64,000 nt of DNA, from NCBI GenBank assembly GCA_937625935.1, contig OW569391.1, positions 62,001 through 126,000 on the forward strand, in the 5' to 3' direction. Shown in pieces: positions 42,808 to 54,796 of this stretch (its first letter is position 1; the number at the start of each line of letters is the position of its first letter). Made by a program: the position numbers and the translations under genes. This stretch comes from Tetramitus jugosus (lineage: Eukaryota > Protista > Heterolobosea). A model generated the notes under the pieces. It did no database searches. It was given only the letters and a program-made list of their open reading frames with translations, and was not told the DNA's origin.

Positions 42808-42893
42808 ATTTCTTTTTCTCGAGACGAACAAAATCTGTTTCACCCTTCTTCTTATACTTTATACGCGAGTTTACAACTGGTCTGATGGGAATC

Positions 42894-44540
42894 TTAAGGT
42901 CCACCACTTGTTACGAATGGTTTGAACATCGGAGAGGTTGTGATGCTCCTTGAAGGTCGATGGTCCAAGTCAAATTCCTCTAGCAAGTCACTCTCATTGG
43001 AGTCTGGTAACAAGGAACTAGTGCTTCTCTTGTTTGACCCAGCCACCAAGAGTGCATCCATTCTTAAGGGAGGAAGCTTTTGACTTCCTTCTCCGCTTTG
43101 GTCCTCTTCCCCTCCCTCTGAAAGCTCTTTCTTCTTCTTTTTCTTTCTCTTCTTCTTTGTATTGCCACTAGTCACAATACCGTTATTGGTCCCAGGATCG
43201 TCATACTCTCTTTTCTTCTTCTTCCTGTTCTTCTTGTGATTCCTCACCTTCAGTGAAGCTTCAGGATTCTCTAAGAGGTCTGAGAGTGTGCTCTCATGCG
43301 TGCTTGAAGCTCGCAGAGCTAAGGACGGAGGAGACGATGAGGAATGATTGTTTTCAAAGGAGGGAGTTGCATGCACAGGCTCGAGGGTAGTCGGTCTTCT
43401 TGAATGATGACTTTCATTCTTTACATATGAGCTTAGTATGAGTTCGGTTTTTGAGATTGCTGGTGTTCCTTTCTGGGAATATCCAAGATAGTTGTGTAGT
43501 TGCTGTTGTAGTTGTTGGTTAGATATTGTGTTGATTGAGTGTCTCGGAGGTTGATGTGATGGTTGTTGTTGCTCCAAGGGAAGTTCAGACTTCTTCACAG
43601 GAGAAGAAGAGAGAGGAGCAGGAGATTTGGAGTTGGAGTGGGTATTGGGCGTAGGGGTTGACTTGGCTGGGGAGAGCTTTTTCTCGGAAGCTGCTCGAGT
43701 GTACTGATAGGTCTCCAACTGATTACTCAGAGTACACCAAAGATCAGTATTGAATAAGTTGTGGATAATCGTATCTACACCATCTGATTCGGGAGGTGAT
43801 TGATAGGAGGAAGAGTTGGAGTCTATTTGAATCGTAACGAAACCAATCTTCTTTGCTTCGCTAAACAACATTCGATTCTGTTCATTTTGGGATGATACTT
43901 CCTCTACATTCTCATTGGTCGTTCCAGATCCACCTCGCACCGTTGCACTGCCTGTAACACCAATCATAAGGATGCATATTGAGTTTTTATCACCTGATCC
44001 TGTCGAGGTTGTACTCATTAAGTGTTCTTTTAACCGAAGGAGACTGCCAGGCACTTGAATTACACCTTCAAAGTAAGGAGAGAGACCCAAACTCTGTAAC
44101 AATCTCATGCACGGTTGAATACGACTGCTATTTCTTGTAATGACCCATTTTTGTTGAGGAAGTGACTTCAGTATAGCTCTAAAGTTGTCAATGGGGTCGT
44201 GAACATTGTTACTGGAGGATTTGGGAGAGGAGAGAGCTGCCTGTAGAGATGACACGTAGAACAACACTTGATCCATGAGGAGTAAATTGGAGCATCTCCT
44301 TAATCTTTGGTTCCATTTCTCCATGATTCTGTATAGGGGTTTCTTGAGAGAGGAAGTTGAAGAGAGGTTGATTTCTAGGTCACTCACTTTGTTTTGTCGC
44401 TCCCTTTTCCGTAGATTGTCGATGGATAAACTCCGAGTGTACTCGCTGCGCTGAGCTTCCCTGAGCTTAAGAATCAACGACGAAGAATGGAGCAACCTGC
44501 AGGGGGAAGCCAGAGAAGAAGTAAATTTACTCTTGCTCAA
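42894..44540 (-). CDS. Hypothetical protein with a degenerate HAD-like segment and basic NLS-like tail; true 5' end probably in upstream exon(s)
   Basis: Long ORF starting at a non-ATG codon just after a plausible acceptor near 44553; KWVITRNS..LLQSLGLSPYFEGVI..LMIG..AKKIGFVTIQI. Confidence 0.55.
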   Translation of the reverse strand: MSKSKFTSSLASPCRLLHSSSLILKLREAQRSEYTRSLSIDNLRKRERQNKVSDLEINLSSTSSLKKPLYRIMEKWNQRLRRCSNLLLMDQVLFYVSSLQAALSSPKSSSNNVHDPIDNFRAILKSLPQQKWVITRNSSRIQPCMRLLQSLGLSPYFEGVIQVPGSLLRLKEHLMSTTSTGSGDKNSICILMIGVTGSATVRGGSGTTNENVEEVSSQNEQNRMLFSEAKKIGFVTIQIDSNSSSYQSPPESDGVDTIIHNLFNTDLWCTLSNQLETYQYTRAASEKKLSPAKSTPTPNTHSNSKSPAPLSSSPVKKSELPLEQQQPSHQPPRHSINTISNQQLQQQLHNYLGYSQKGTPAISKTELILSSYVKNESHHSRRPTTLEPVHATPSFENNHSSSSPPSLALRASSTHESTLSDLLENPEASLKVRNHKKNRKKKKREYDDPGTNNGIVTSGNTKKKRKKKKKKELSEGGEEDQSGEGSQKLPPLRMDALLVAGSNKRSTSSLLPDSNESDLLEEFDLDHRPSRSITTSPMFKPFVTSGGP

Positions 44541-45056
44541 TGCCTATACACCTGAACAAAAACACAAACTTCAATAAACTGTAATTAATAAAGAGTTTTG
44601 AAATTTTTTTTGGCAACTTGAGGGAAAACAATCACCAGACAACAAGATGAGGAGTAGTTGTTTGGTGGTTGTTTAATGACCTGACGTTAACATAAGTGCG
44701 ACACTCGATGCTGCCAAAGTATGGAGCATTATCCTCATTAGTTAGATACTAAAAAACTTACATATTTACCCTCATCTAAACTGAAATAAATATTTAATGC
44801 ATTAAAATTTAAGTATCACTGATATATTACATTTTTGATTAAAAACTATTTTAAATTTTAACTCAACATCTTATTTTATCTTGATTAAACTTTTACAATT
44901 ACCGGAAAATATGAAGGTGCACATGCACTTATTGTCAGTTCGTTTTTGTTGAGCAATTTTTTCAAGAAGACTGCCACGGCAGTTCGAATTGTTACCAAGG
45001 GAAGGCTGGGTGAGTTGTTTTGCCAAGGCTCCATCCAGTCCAAGTCGAGTAAAACG

Positions 45057-45150
45057 TTCCAATCAATGGAAGTTGTTTTGGAAAGACCTCGAACGCTTGC
45101 ATGTTCAGTGCAGGCGGTTAAATATGCGTTTCATTGGACGGAGATGTGCA
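45057..45150 (+). pseudogene. Short decayed fragment similar to the middle of the CRN-like gene (49040-49140)
   Basis: ccaatcaatggaagttgttttgg (NQWKLFW) occurs identically at 45059 and 49041, followed by weaker similarity (aggc.gt.aa....tttcatt..ac). Confidence 0.6.
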
Positions 45151-45703
45151 ACACTGCGAGAACAATTGTTGGTTGACATACCAGTCAGTGAAATTTATCG
45201 CTCCTCGTTCATTAACCATATCCATTTGAAAATGATACTCATTGCTGGCAGATCGAAAGAACGGAACATTCTCAATTGTTTACTGAGTCTTCAAACTCAC
45301 GTCCAAGTCTATCATCATGCAACATGGCACTGAATCTCTAACTTGATAGAGTCACAGTGAAGAAAGACGAAAAACAGTTCATTGACTCATGTGGAGATCA
45401 ATAACAGTCAATTTACTGCCGAAATGAACTTGAAAACGTGAGACAACATGTTGTATTGAGAACTTTCGTTGAAACGATATCCTATGAAAGGTTGGTGCGG
45501 ATCCCGACCATGTGACCGCAAAAAAAAATAAGCCCGAACCCTCTCTCCACCATCACAACCAGCAACAAACAACAACAACAACTAACTGTTGGATCACACT
45601 CGCACTTACACTCTATAGCTGATCCATATGGATTCATGAGAGAGATTAAGAATCAATCTGTAAACAACAACCGAAAATACATTTCCAAAAAGATCCTACT
45701 ATA

Positions 45704-47509
45704 ATGATGATAACAACAACAACAACCGAAACAGTTGCTTCTGGTCCGACAATAACAAGTCAACTGGTTCAGCAGCATCAACAAGATGGCAACCAACAAC
45801 AACAACATACCACTCACCTGTCCCCAGTCAAAAATCATAATCATAATAGTCATAGTAGTCATAGTAGTTATCAACAAGTATTGGAACAAATCAAACAATT
45901 GGAACGTGCCATATCCAATGTTCAACAATCATCATCATCACACAACAACCACAACTGTGATGATGATCACATTCAAATGCAAAAATCATTGAGTAGACTA
46001 TTGAATCAACTGCAACAAAAGTCAATGGACAACAATAATAATAATAATAATAACAACAACAACAACAATACGGCCGTAACAACAGCATTCATGGACTATT
46101 CATCTCTCTCATGCAGCAGTATATTTGATGATGATGATGATGATGTTAGTAGTAGTAATAGTAGTAATAGTAGTCACAGCAGTAGTAGTAGTACAATAGA
46201 AACCATATCGACATCAAGTGACACTTCTACCAACAACAACAACAACAATTCAATGCTCCTGTCCATGTCAACCATTGTTGCCATGCATCATCATCATCAG
46301 AATGAACAACAACTAGAACCCTACAACAATGATAACAACAACAATGATAACAATCATGACATGTTATGGTTTGACATGAATGATATTAAACAATTTTTTG
46401 ATCAATTGAAACATGATTTGGATGAGAAGAATAATCAGATAACAACAATAGCAACAACAACAACAAGTGTAGAATGGGAACAACAACAACAACAACAAGA
46501 AGAAGAATTGTGGAAGAATAGCATCAATGATTTTCATTATTCCCTATTTGAACAGTGCTTGAAATCCAATCAACAGACACTACACAACAACAACAACAGC
46601 AACAACAACAAGAATAGTAGTAATAGTAGTAATAATCAACAAGTGTCTATTCAAGTGTGGATCGATGGATTGTTCAGTGTGTTACATCGCATCAAGTCTA
46701 TTCTATCAGACACTGTTCATTCCATGATTGAATCATCTCAACAATTGATTCATCACTACTTGTTGCCAATGACTACTGTTGGTTGTCATCATCATCATCA
46801 TTATGAGAATGAATACAATAATGATGATGATGATGAAAACAAATCCATGTTGTCCTCTCTCTTGTTACAATCCAAGAAACAACAACAATTATTTCACAAG
46901 AACAATAGTAATAGTAATAGTAATAGTAATCGTAAGAGTAGTATGATGAGTAGAAATCTGAAGAAACAACCAGAACAACAACAACAACAACAACAGACAA
47001 TCATAAATGATCAAAAGAGTCAATGTTATCTCGATATGAAGAAACGTGAACAAATAGACAGTGTACTAGAGGATGCACTGTGTGAATTGGATGAGTACAT
47101 GAGCAGAGAGTTGAGAATAGATGATCATGACTTTTCATGGACTGGTGTCAATTACTCACTCATCATGAATAACACAACAACTGCTGATGAAACGTCTTCG
47201 AATATGCCAACATCAACTCCCACATTTGTAAATAATAACAGAAATCATCATGATGATGAGAATGGTGGTGGTGGTGGTGTTGGTGGTGGCGCAACAGATA
47301 TCATTGCTTCTCGTCGTCGCTCAACCTACGTGGATGAATTTGATGAGGAAGATGATTCAACACAACGGAAAGGCTTCTTCTCATCTCTGTTCCACAACAT
47401 TGTAGGTGGTTTCAGTGAGGCAAGCATGGTGGGAGACAGCGTATCAACCACTAGCGAGTTTATGCTGCGCTCCAAAGACAGCTACATGCTCAATACTTTT
47501 TATTTGTAA
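45704..47509 (+). CDS. Low-complexity (N/Q/S/H-rich) hypothetical protein
   Basis: 601-codon ORF made largely of trinucleotide repeats; no recognisable domain. Confidence 0.6.
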   Translation: MMITTTTTETVASGPTITSQLVQQHQQDGNQQQQHTTHLSPVKNHNHNSHSSHSSYQQVLEQIKQLERAISNVQQSSSSHNNHNCDDDHIQMQKSLSRLLNQLQQKSMDNNNNNNNNNNNNNTAVTTAFMDYSSLSCSSIFDDDDDDVSSSNSSNSSHSSSSSTIETISTSSDTSTNNNNNNSMLLSMSTIVAMHHHHQNEQQLEPYNNDNNNNDNNHDMLWFDMNDIKQFFDQLKHDLDEKNNQITTIATTTTSVEWEQQQQQQEEELWKNSINDFHYSLFEQCLKSNQQTLHNNNNSNNNKNSSNSSNNQQVSIQVWIDGLFSVLHRIKSILSDTVHSMIESSQQLIHHYLLPMTTVGCHHHHHYENEYNNDDDDENKSMLSSLLLQSKKQQQLFHKNNSNSNSNSNRKSSMMSRNLKKQPEQQQQQQQTIINDQKSQCYLDMKKREQIDSVLEDALCELDEYMSRELRIDDHDFSWTGVNYSLIMNNTTTADETSSNMPTSTPTFVNNNRNHHDDENGGGGGVGGGATDIIASRRRSTYVDEFDEEDDSTQRKGFFSSLFHNIVGGFSEASMVGDSVSTTSEFMLRSKDSYMLNTFYL

Positions 47510-47793
47510 GTAACGCACACAAATTTTGTAACATACCCCTGTAATTAAAAAATGAACAACTGGAACAACAACCTGGTTTTTCTCTTCAGAAATTTACTTT
47601 TGAAGTTCGTGCTGCCACCTTCGTTGAGATGGGTGACGACAAGAAAGAGGCTATTGTGACGAGTTTTCGGTAACAACCGAGGGTTCTGACCTGCTACCGC
47701 CTCCCCCCGTAATTTTTTTCCCAACTTCTTCAAACTAAGCATGGGGCAGTTAGAAATCTACAGGTAGACAAAGAACAAAACATTCCGAAATAA

Positions 47794-50173
47794 ATGAAAA
47801 GAAGAAGGTATGGATTTTTGTTCTGGGTGTAACTGTTACGAGATGTTTTTAACTATTAACTTCCATAGAGTATTCGATGAATCCATTCTGCCATCTGCGA
47901 AATGGACACTTGACTCCCTTGTGAGTGATGTTGTTCGCGAGGAGTACATCAAAAAGAACAAGGAACGGTTTATTGAGCAGAATTTGACCCTTTTGGAGCA
48001 GAATGAGATTGAAACATTGCGTGATTGGAGTGAGGTGTCTAAGGATCATAAGTTTCGATTTTCGTTGATGTTGGTGATGTTGCTCGATGAAACATGCCTT
48101 GCACTTAATGTACAACATAAACTAGATACTCCTATTGGTTTCCCCGAGGAACTTAAAAGGTTGCTGAATGGGCAAGATGGGAAACAAAAAGCATTAAAGT
48201 TTTTGATACGGAGTGAGTTTCCTGAAGAGGAACAATTCTTGGAGCGACTAAAGCAACTCCGAGAGAAATTCTTTGCAACTCATTTTCCAACTTTCTCCCA
48301 GCGCGAAGCTTACAAAGGAGAACTAGTATCGTTTGCCAAAGGCGCTCTCAAAACATTCCAAAATAATCAAGAGAAGGAGTTGACGAAGCAAGATGGCCTA
48401 GTTGGATGTTTAATGGGCGGTAGTGGTAGTGGGAAAAGTAGGGCTGCTAGAGAAGCCATCAACATCATCTCTGAACAAATTCCAGAGCTAGATTGCTTCG
48501 TTTTCTACTGGGATTTTGCCAATGGATTGCGCCTGTCAGATCTTGATATGACCGAAACTAGTTTTACAGATGCTAGATCCGTTTTTGGTTATCGTATCTT
48601 TATGAGGGCCATTGGTAAAAATCAACTCAAATGGGATGGAAACTTGCTGTACAGGAGTAAGATATTTGATATTGACCTTGTTATGAGTGTTTTGGCAAGT
48701 TACTTGAACCAAATAGTGACACCAAACAAGACAGCAGCCTTACTTGTTGTTGCAGATGAGTATCAAGTGTTGTATCAACGCAGTCCTTCTGGATGGAAAG
48801 AACCGCTCTACTCATTACTCCAATATTCAATGAATACTGTGGGTCCAAATATCGGCCTACAAAGAGACAAGATCTGTGTTTTACCCATTGTAGTTGGAAC
48901 ACTTCCGAAGGACATGACTCAATTTCAAACGACAGAGTATAAGGCTCTTCATTTTTCTCTTGAGGTGTTTCATTTAGAGACAATATTGGAGTTGGTGAAA
49001 ACCCATCTGACCGATGAACAGTACAATAAGGTTACGAGCACCAATCAATGGAAGTTGTTTTGGCATGAATCAGGTCTTGTGCCAAGGATGCTCCAGTATG
49101 CAGTTGAGGCAGTGAAGGAAACCTTTCATTCTACAGATGCTCGAATTGAAGAAGAGTTTATTGACAAGATGCAGTCTCGTTTGACAGAGGATTTGAATCA
49201 AAAGAAACCATTTCCTTTTGAATCTGCTGATTTAAATGTGAGGACACTTAAGGAATTGATATTTTCTGGTGTTCCCTTGCACATCCTGTCAGAGGATTCT
49301 CCACCTCAACGCACAAAGACTGGTGCTATTCAAAGATACCATTGGTTTAGAAAAACAAAATTCAGTGGAGACATTTATCAGACAAGAAATGGGAGAGTCC
49401 TTCTTCCACGTCATCACTTGAGACAACTTTTAAGGGAATTACGCTGCAATGAACTTCTCGATTATTTACCTCGACTTGAAAACCATTTTACTTGGAGAAG
49501 TCTCAAGATATTGGATATTGAAGCGTTACGAGCGAGGTTGAACCTCTATTGCAGAGAGAAGTACGAGTCAATTCCATTGGAATGGATTTTTCCTGGAGCA
49601 ACCATCTGTGAGAGTCTGAGAAATATCCAGCTCATACTTCCTCAACTTCCACACCATGGTACCAATGATTTTATCATGCTGAAGGGAGACATTAAGAAAT
49701 TTCTTTATCCACTTATGGAGGGTAAGAAGCGTGTGGGAACTCATTGCGACACTACACTCGTGAGCAATGACAGAGAAGAAGTAAAACAGAATATTGTTTG
49801 GTGCTATGAAGGCACAGAGTTGATTGATGCACGATGGACTACGACTCAAAATGATACTGATAGGACGAAAGTGATGATTGTAATTCAATACAAATACACA
49901 AGAAAAGAGAAGATAAGTGACATTGAAGCTGAAGATTGGGGAAAGCAAGTGATTGAAGAAGTATCGCCACACTACAAAGACTACTTGATCATTCCAGTGC
50001 TCATCACCAATAGCATAGCTTCAAAGGAGAAAAGGCCAAACTCACGCACCAACAGCACACCATTTGTGCTCTTAACAAGAGACACAGCTGCCCAATACTT
50101 CTCACCGAACATTCTTCCTTTTTACTTGTTGGTGGAAGAAACTCATGACCAAGAGATTAAGCATGGAATATAA
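47794..50173 (+). CDS. Crinkler-like P-loop NTPase + PD-(D/E)XK-type nuclease protein; probable 5' intron 47808-47868
   Basis: Walker A GGSGSGKSR, Walker B LLVVADEYQ, GLVPRML, C-terminal LIDARW..IVIQYKYT. GTATGG..TTAAC..CATAG intron gives in-frame MKRRRVFDES. Confidence 0.75.
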
Positions 50174-50347
50174 CAACCATCATCAGAATCATAGCATGAG
50201 TCATGGCATCTCATTGTTGCTGATGATCACCATCATCAACGCTTTATCAACACCACCACCAGTGTACTACTATCCTATCAATCTTTGATGTCCAGCGCAT
50301 TGAGTGGAAAATGATGAATTACTTTTTATATAAAACTTTGAAAGATT

Positions 50348-53300
50348 TTATTCTGGTTGTTGAGAGTGTCTTGAAGATTTAGTACCATTGAAGCACGAGT
50401 GGAAGGCATAGTGATCCCGATTGAGAGCAGCCTGTATCAACGCATTATTTCTCTCCTGTTCGACAGAAATTTTGTCATATTCTGCAGCCAACAGCTCCTC
50501 ATGCTCCTGCATCACATCAGCATCAACAATCCGTTGGGCTAGCATGTTCTGTTGTTCGTTCAACATGTTGATCATGTCTTCAATCTTCTTTCTAAACTTC
50601 TTTACACTCGTCTCCAGTTCCATAATGGTCTTATTGGTTTGTTCTCTCTTTGCCTTGACAGTCTTGAGTGTGTTGTTCGCCATTGGCACAGCATGCTTCA
50701 AGTCTAGATATGAGTTACAAATATTGAGCCATTCGTTCTCTGATGTTACACCAACGTCATTGTACCGGTTGTTGAACACTTGATGTTTCCTAGTTTGTTC
50801 AATCGTGGTTGCAATCTGATCTCTGAGTTGCATTTGATCTTGATTGGTGCTCATGACAGAGGCACCGTGCGATGGTATCCTGATACCGAGAGAACTCGTT
50901 GTGGAATAGATGGTAATTTGAATGGCTTCACCCTTGAAAATACCATTGAGTACGATGGGAGGAGCAGGTGGTACGGCATCATCCAATGAGTGCTGTTGTT
51001 GATGTTGTTGCTGCAACTCACTTGAACCATTGTCACTACCACCACTACTGTTCAACTTGGAAAACAAGAGATAGACAAGGTAGACACCATCGTCCTCACT
51101 TGAAAATCTTTGATCGGGAGCAGTGGCTGGGTCATCCACCAAGATTACCAAATCGCTAAACAAGAAAATCTTGAACAATTGTTTCTGTCGCATCATATTG
51201 AGCTTATTTCTGGCAGTGGAGAACAACTCGAGTGGTGAAGGAATAATGGGTGATATGATACTACCACTGCTCGTTATCTCAATATTATATGACGAAGATG
51301 ATTGCTTGTGTTGTTGCTGTTGCTGCTGTGAATGAGCATCCAATGAGGAACTAATCTCCGAGATTTCAATCTTTGCGTTCACAGTTCCAGCAAACACACA
51401 TCTCCTGTGAGGCAACAAGATGCCAGAGTGCAATCGATGCTGAATTTGTAGCAACTCCTTGGAATGATCATTCTGTCTCTTGTGCTCATTGATAAAGGTG
51501 GCAGTCTGCAAAATAGTGCTCAACCCCTTGTCAATGTTGGCATAGTCGACATGATCCACTGGTGTCCTGTTCTTCAAATCCTCCAATAGCATACGAATAC
51601 GGGGTATGCGCTGAATAGGTTGAATCAGGTAGGCAGGCAACGGCAGTCCGCCATGTTCTGGATTAGAGACCTTGTCCACAAATTGACTAAACTTTCGATT
51701 CTTGGAGATGAGTCGTTCGTAGAGATCATTGGCCGCATCAAAATTGTTCACATATTCAGTGTACATTTTCAAAAAGGGTGCAAATCGAACAAACAACTTG
51801 CCCATTTGAGGCACTGGTGCATCACCTGCCTTCAATTGACTCAGATCCAATCGAGCGATATAATCGTACTCCAACTTTTTCAACTCTTGTTTCATGAACG
51901 ACAACAACTCTACATGCACGTTCAACACTTGTTCAATACTGCCAAACAGTACGTTGACCTCCTCAGTCTTGATCAACTTTTTCTCCACAATCGGCAGCAG
52001 AAATCGTTCACGCACTGTTTGCAAGCTCTGAACATAGGTGCTCTCTGTCGAGTACAACTCTGCAACAATGTTCTTTCTCAGTCTAGCACTCTTCAATGAT
52101 TCATCTCTCTGTATGAAATGACTGAGTCGATTTCGTCTCAATCGATTCAATGCACACACTTGCAACTGTTGAATGAATCGCGTGTTCTCACCATAGATTT
52201 GTTCAAATTCCTGAGGTGTGAGCTTCACCACGACTGCTGCTGCTGCACCATCTCTATTCTCATTATCATGAGCTTCATTGTCACTCGTATGATGATGATG
52301 ATGATGACCATAATCAATGACTTCAAAATCATGATCCACAAAATGAGAGGAAGAGGACAATGATGACGATGAATCATTCAAGTGATGATGATGATGATGA
52401 TGATGAGTAGAAGTGTCATTCTCACTCCAATCATCACCGAGATGAATAATGGGTTGCGTCACAGATCGAGTTCTCTTATTGAATGAATCAGATCGACTTG
52501 TTGTTGTTGTTGTTGTTGTAGTGGATGGATGAGGTGAAACTGGTGTCGTAGGTTGTTGTTGTTGTTGTTGAGACAAGAGTGAATTGGAACGACCAGTTCT
52601 GTTGAGAAGAGTAGACGATAACATTTCACTCAACGATAGTACCTTACCATTGCTAGTGGTAGTAGCAGAGTTGGTGGTACTAGTAGTAGTAGTTGTATTA
52701 TTGTTATTGTTATGGTTATTGTTGTTATTATAGTTATTGGATGGTACCATGTTGGGAGGTACGGGTGTATAGGATTGTTGAGATTGAACAAATGAAGAGA
52801 TGGGTGATGAGGTGAGTGGTGATGGTACGGGAGGTGATGATGATGATGATGATGATGATGATGGTACATTACTATTGTTGTTATTGTTATTGACCAATTT
52901 GTTGAAAAAGACTTTGGAATAGTGACGAACACTTCCACTATTATTGTTATTTGTGTTATTTGTGTTGTTGGTATTATTGGTGTTATTAGTTGTATTGTTG
53001 AATGGTAGTACATTGGATTCTTGATTGGTGGGTGATGATGATGTTGAGTTGGGATAGGGTGATGCATTATTGTTATTACTGTGGTTGTTGTTATTATGAG
53101 TGTTCACTGGTGAAGAGGAATCAACTGTAATGTGAATCGATGATGAATCATTGGTGGTGTTGTTGTTGGGCATGTTCTTCTTCTTGAGAGCATTGGCAAT
53201 TCGACTCAATTTATCGCTTGTGTCTCTCGGTGATGCCAACACACCATTATTACCACTACTACTATTAGTACTAGTATTACCAGTACCACTAGTGCTATTA

Positions 53301-54316
53301 GTACTACTAGTATTACTATTGTTCAATTGTTGAGAAAATTGTTGTTCCAATAATAATCTACGTGCTTCAATAGAATTGGTCTTGTTTGTTGTTGATGATG
53401 ATGATGATGGCTGTGTGCTCGATGTAGGAGTTGAAGAAGAAGCAGCCAAAGTTGTTGTTGTTGTTGTTGGACTACTACCACCACCATTCAATACTGCTGC
53501 ATAGGCATTTTGTTGCTGTTGCTGTGCATTGATTTCAATAAACGATTTTCGTAGTTGAGCTACTTTTCCACTCTGAATACCCTTCAACTCTTCTCCACTG
53601 CTCGTTGTTCTATAGTGTCCCCCTCTCTTGTTGTTGGTAGTACTACTATTATTGTTACTATTATCATTATTACTACTACTACTACTACTATTGTTGTTGT
53701 TGGTGGTGGAGTTGTTGTTCTTGATGGGTGAAGCAGATGATGTACTAGTAGTAGTAGTAGTAGATGCAGTTGTAGTAGTAGTGAATGTAGGTGATGCGTG
53801 CTGTTTGAGATTGTTCGCACTGCCCAACTTTCTAGGCTCACTCGATGGTGATGGAGATGATGATTGAGTACTTTCACTACTACTATTACTCTTATTATTA
53901 TTGCCACTACTACCACTACCACTACTACTGTTACTATTATTATTGTTATTGTTATTAGCAACTGATCGATGAGGTCTGTTGGGTGGTAGTGGTGGAGGTA
54001 CACGAGTCGGTTGCTTGACAATCATTTCCTTGATGTAATCACGTGGAATGTATCCAATGTGGGCACATGATGTTTTTTTGACATGTTCCACCAGTACCCA
54101 TTCATCATCGGATACGTCGTCCTTGATCATGACAATCTCACCTACTGATGCATCAATTTCATTCTGAGAAGATGATTCATAGTCGTACAATACAGTTGCA
54201 TATCTCTTGGTTGTTGTTGTTGTTGTTGTTGAATTGGTGTTGTTTGTATTGATATTGTTGGTATTCTTAATGTTCTTGTTGGTGTTGTTGTTATTCTTGA
54301 GATTATTATTGCTCAT
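50348..54316 (-). CDS. SH3-DH-PH Rho guanine nucleotide exchange factor
   Basis: SH3 ATVLYDY..EWV..GYIPRDY; DH ELYSTESTYVQSL, FLKMYTEYVNNF, LIQPIQRIPR; PH IFLFSDLVI. Confidence 0.95.
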   Translation of the reverse strand: MSNNNLKNNNNTNKNIKNTNNINTNNTNSTTTTTTTKRYATVLYDYESSSQNEIDASVGEIVMIKDDVSDDEWVLVEHVKKTSCAHIGYIPRDYIKEMIVKQPTRVPPPLPPNRPHRSVANNNNNNNSNSSSGSGSSGNNNKSNSSSESTQSSSPSPSSEPRKLGSANNLKQHASPTFTTTTTASTTTTTSTSSASPIKNNNSTTNNNNSSSSSSNNDNSNNNSSTTNNKRGGHYRTTSSGEELKGIQSGKVAQLRKSFIEINAQQQQQNAYAAVLNGGGSSPTTTTTTLAASSSTPTSSTQPSSSSSTTNKTNSIEARRLLLEQQFSQQLNNSNTSSTNSTSGTGNTSTNSSSGNNGVLASPRDTSDKLSRIANALKKKNMPNNNTTNDSSSIHITVDSSSPVNTHNNNNHSNNNNASPYPNSTSSSPTNQESNVLPFNNTTNNTNNTNNTNNTNNNNSGSVRHYSKVFFNKLVNNNNNNSNVPSSSSSSSSSPPVPSPLTSSPISSFVQSQQSYTPVPPNMVPSNNYNNNNNHNNNNNTTTTTSTTNSATTTSNGKVLSLSEMLSSTLLNRTGRSNSLLSQQQQQQPTTPVSPHPSTTTTTTTTSRSDSFNKRTRSVTQPIIHLGDDWSENDTSTHHHHHHHHLNDSSSSLSSSSHFVDHDFEVIDYGHHHHHHTSDNEAHDNENRDGAAAAVVVKLTPQEFEQIYGENTRFIQQLQVCALNRLRRNRLSHFIQRDESLKSARLRKNIVAELYSTESTYVQSLQTVRERFLLPIVEKKLIKTEEVNVLFGSIEQVLNVHVELLSFMKQELKKLEYDYIARLDLSQLKAGDAPVPQMGKLFVRFAPFLKMYTEYVNNFDAANDLYERLISKNRKFSQFVDKVSNPEHGGLPLPAYLIQPIQRIPRIRMLLEDLKNRTPVDHVDYANIDKGLSTILQTATFINEHKRQNDHSKELLQIQHRLHSGILLPHRRCVFAGTVNAKIEISEISSSLDAHSQQQQQQHKQSSSSYNIEITSSGSIISPIIPSPLELFSTARNKLNMMRQKQLFKIFLFSDLVILVDDPATAPDQRFSSEDDGVYLVYLLFSKLNSSGGSDNGSSELQQQHQQQHSLDDAVPPAPPIVLNGIFKGEAIQITIYSTTSSLGIRIPSHGASVMSTNQDQMQLRDQIATTIEQTRKHQVFNNRYNDVGVTSENEWLNICNSYLDLKHAVPMANNTLKTVKAKREQTNKTIMELETSVKKFRKKIEDMINMLNEQQNMLAQRIVDADVMQEHEELLAAEYDKISVEQERNNALIQAALNRDHYAFHSCFNGTKSSRHSQQPE

Positions 54317-54796
54317 GGTCAACAGTATTCAAGATGTTGTTTGTTGAGTTTGGTGAGTGTGTTTTTTTGTGTTTTTGTATTTGAACAAGGGTCAAATGTT
54401 GTTTGTTGTTTGTTGTTCTTTTTGTTCACAAAAAAAAAATGGTATAACTCGCAACAATTGGATTGGGATGACCAACGACTGGAATTTTTGATTTTTTGTT
54501 GTTCGTGGTTGTGATGTTTGTGCTTGTTGTGTTTTGATAGAGAAACGCGTGTGGCGATTTCCTCTTGTGTTCGTCGTGGTAAATGTCTGTCGTAAGGGAT
54601 TTTGGGCTTCCGGAGTAAAAGACGAAACAAAAAAATACCTGACAGGCGATTGACGTTTCGCCTGCTTGTCCAGAAGAATACAAGAAACAATGGCCCAGGA
54701 TGGATATCGACACACACGGCAACCATATCTCAGATGGTGGTACACATCTAACAACTAACAGCTCACACACAAATAAAGATCTACATGTTTCTTCTT

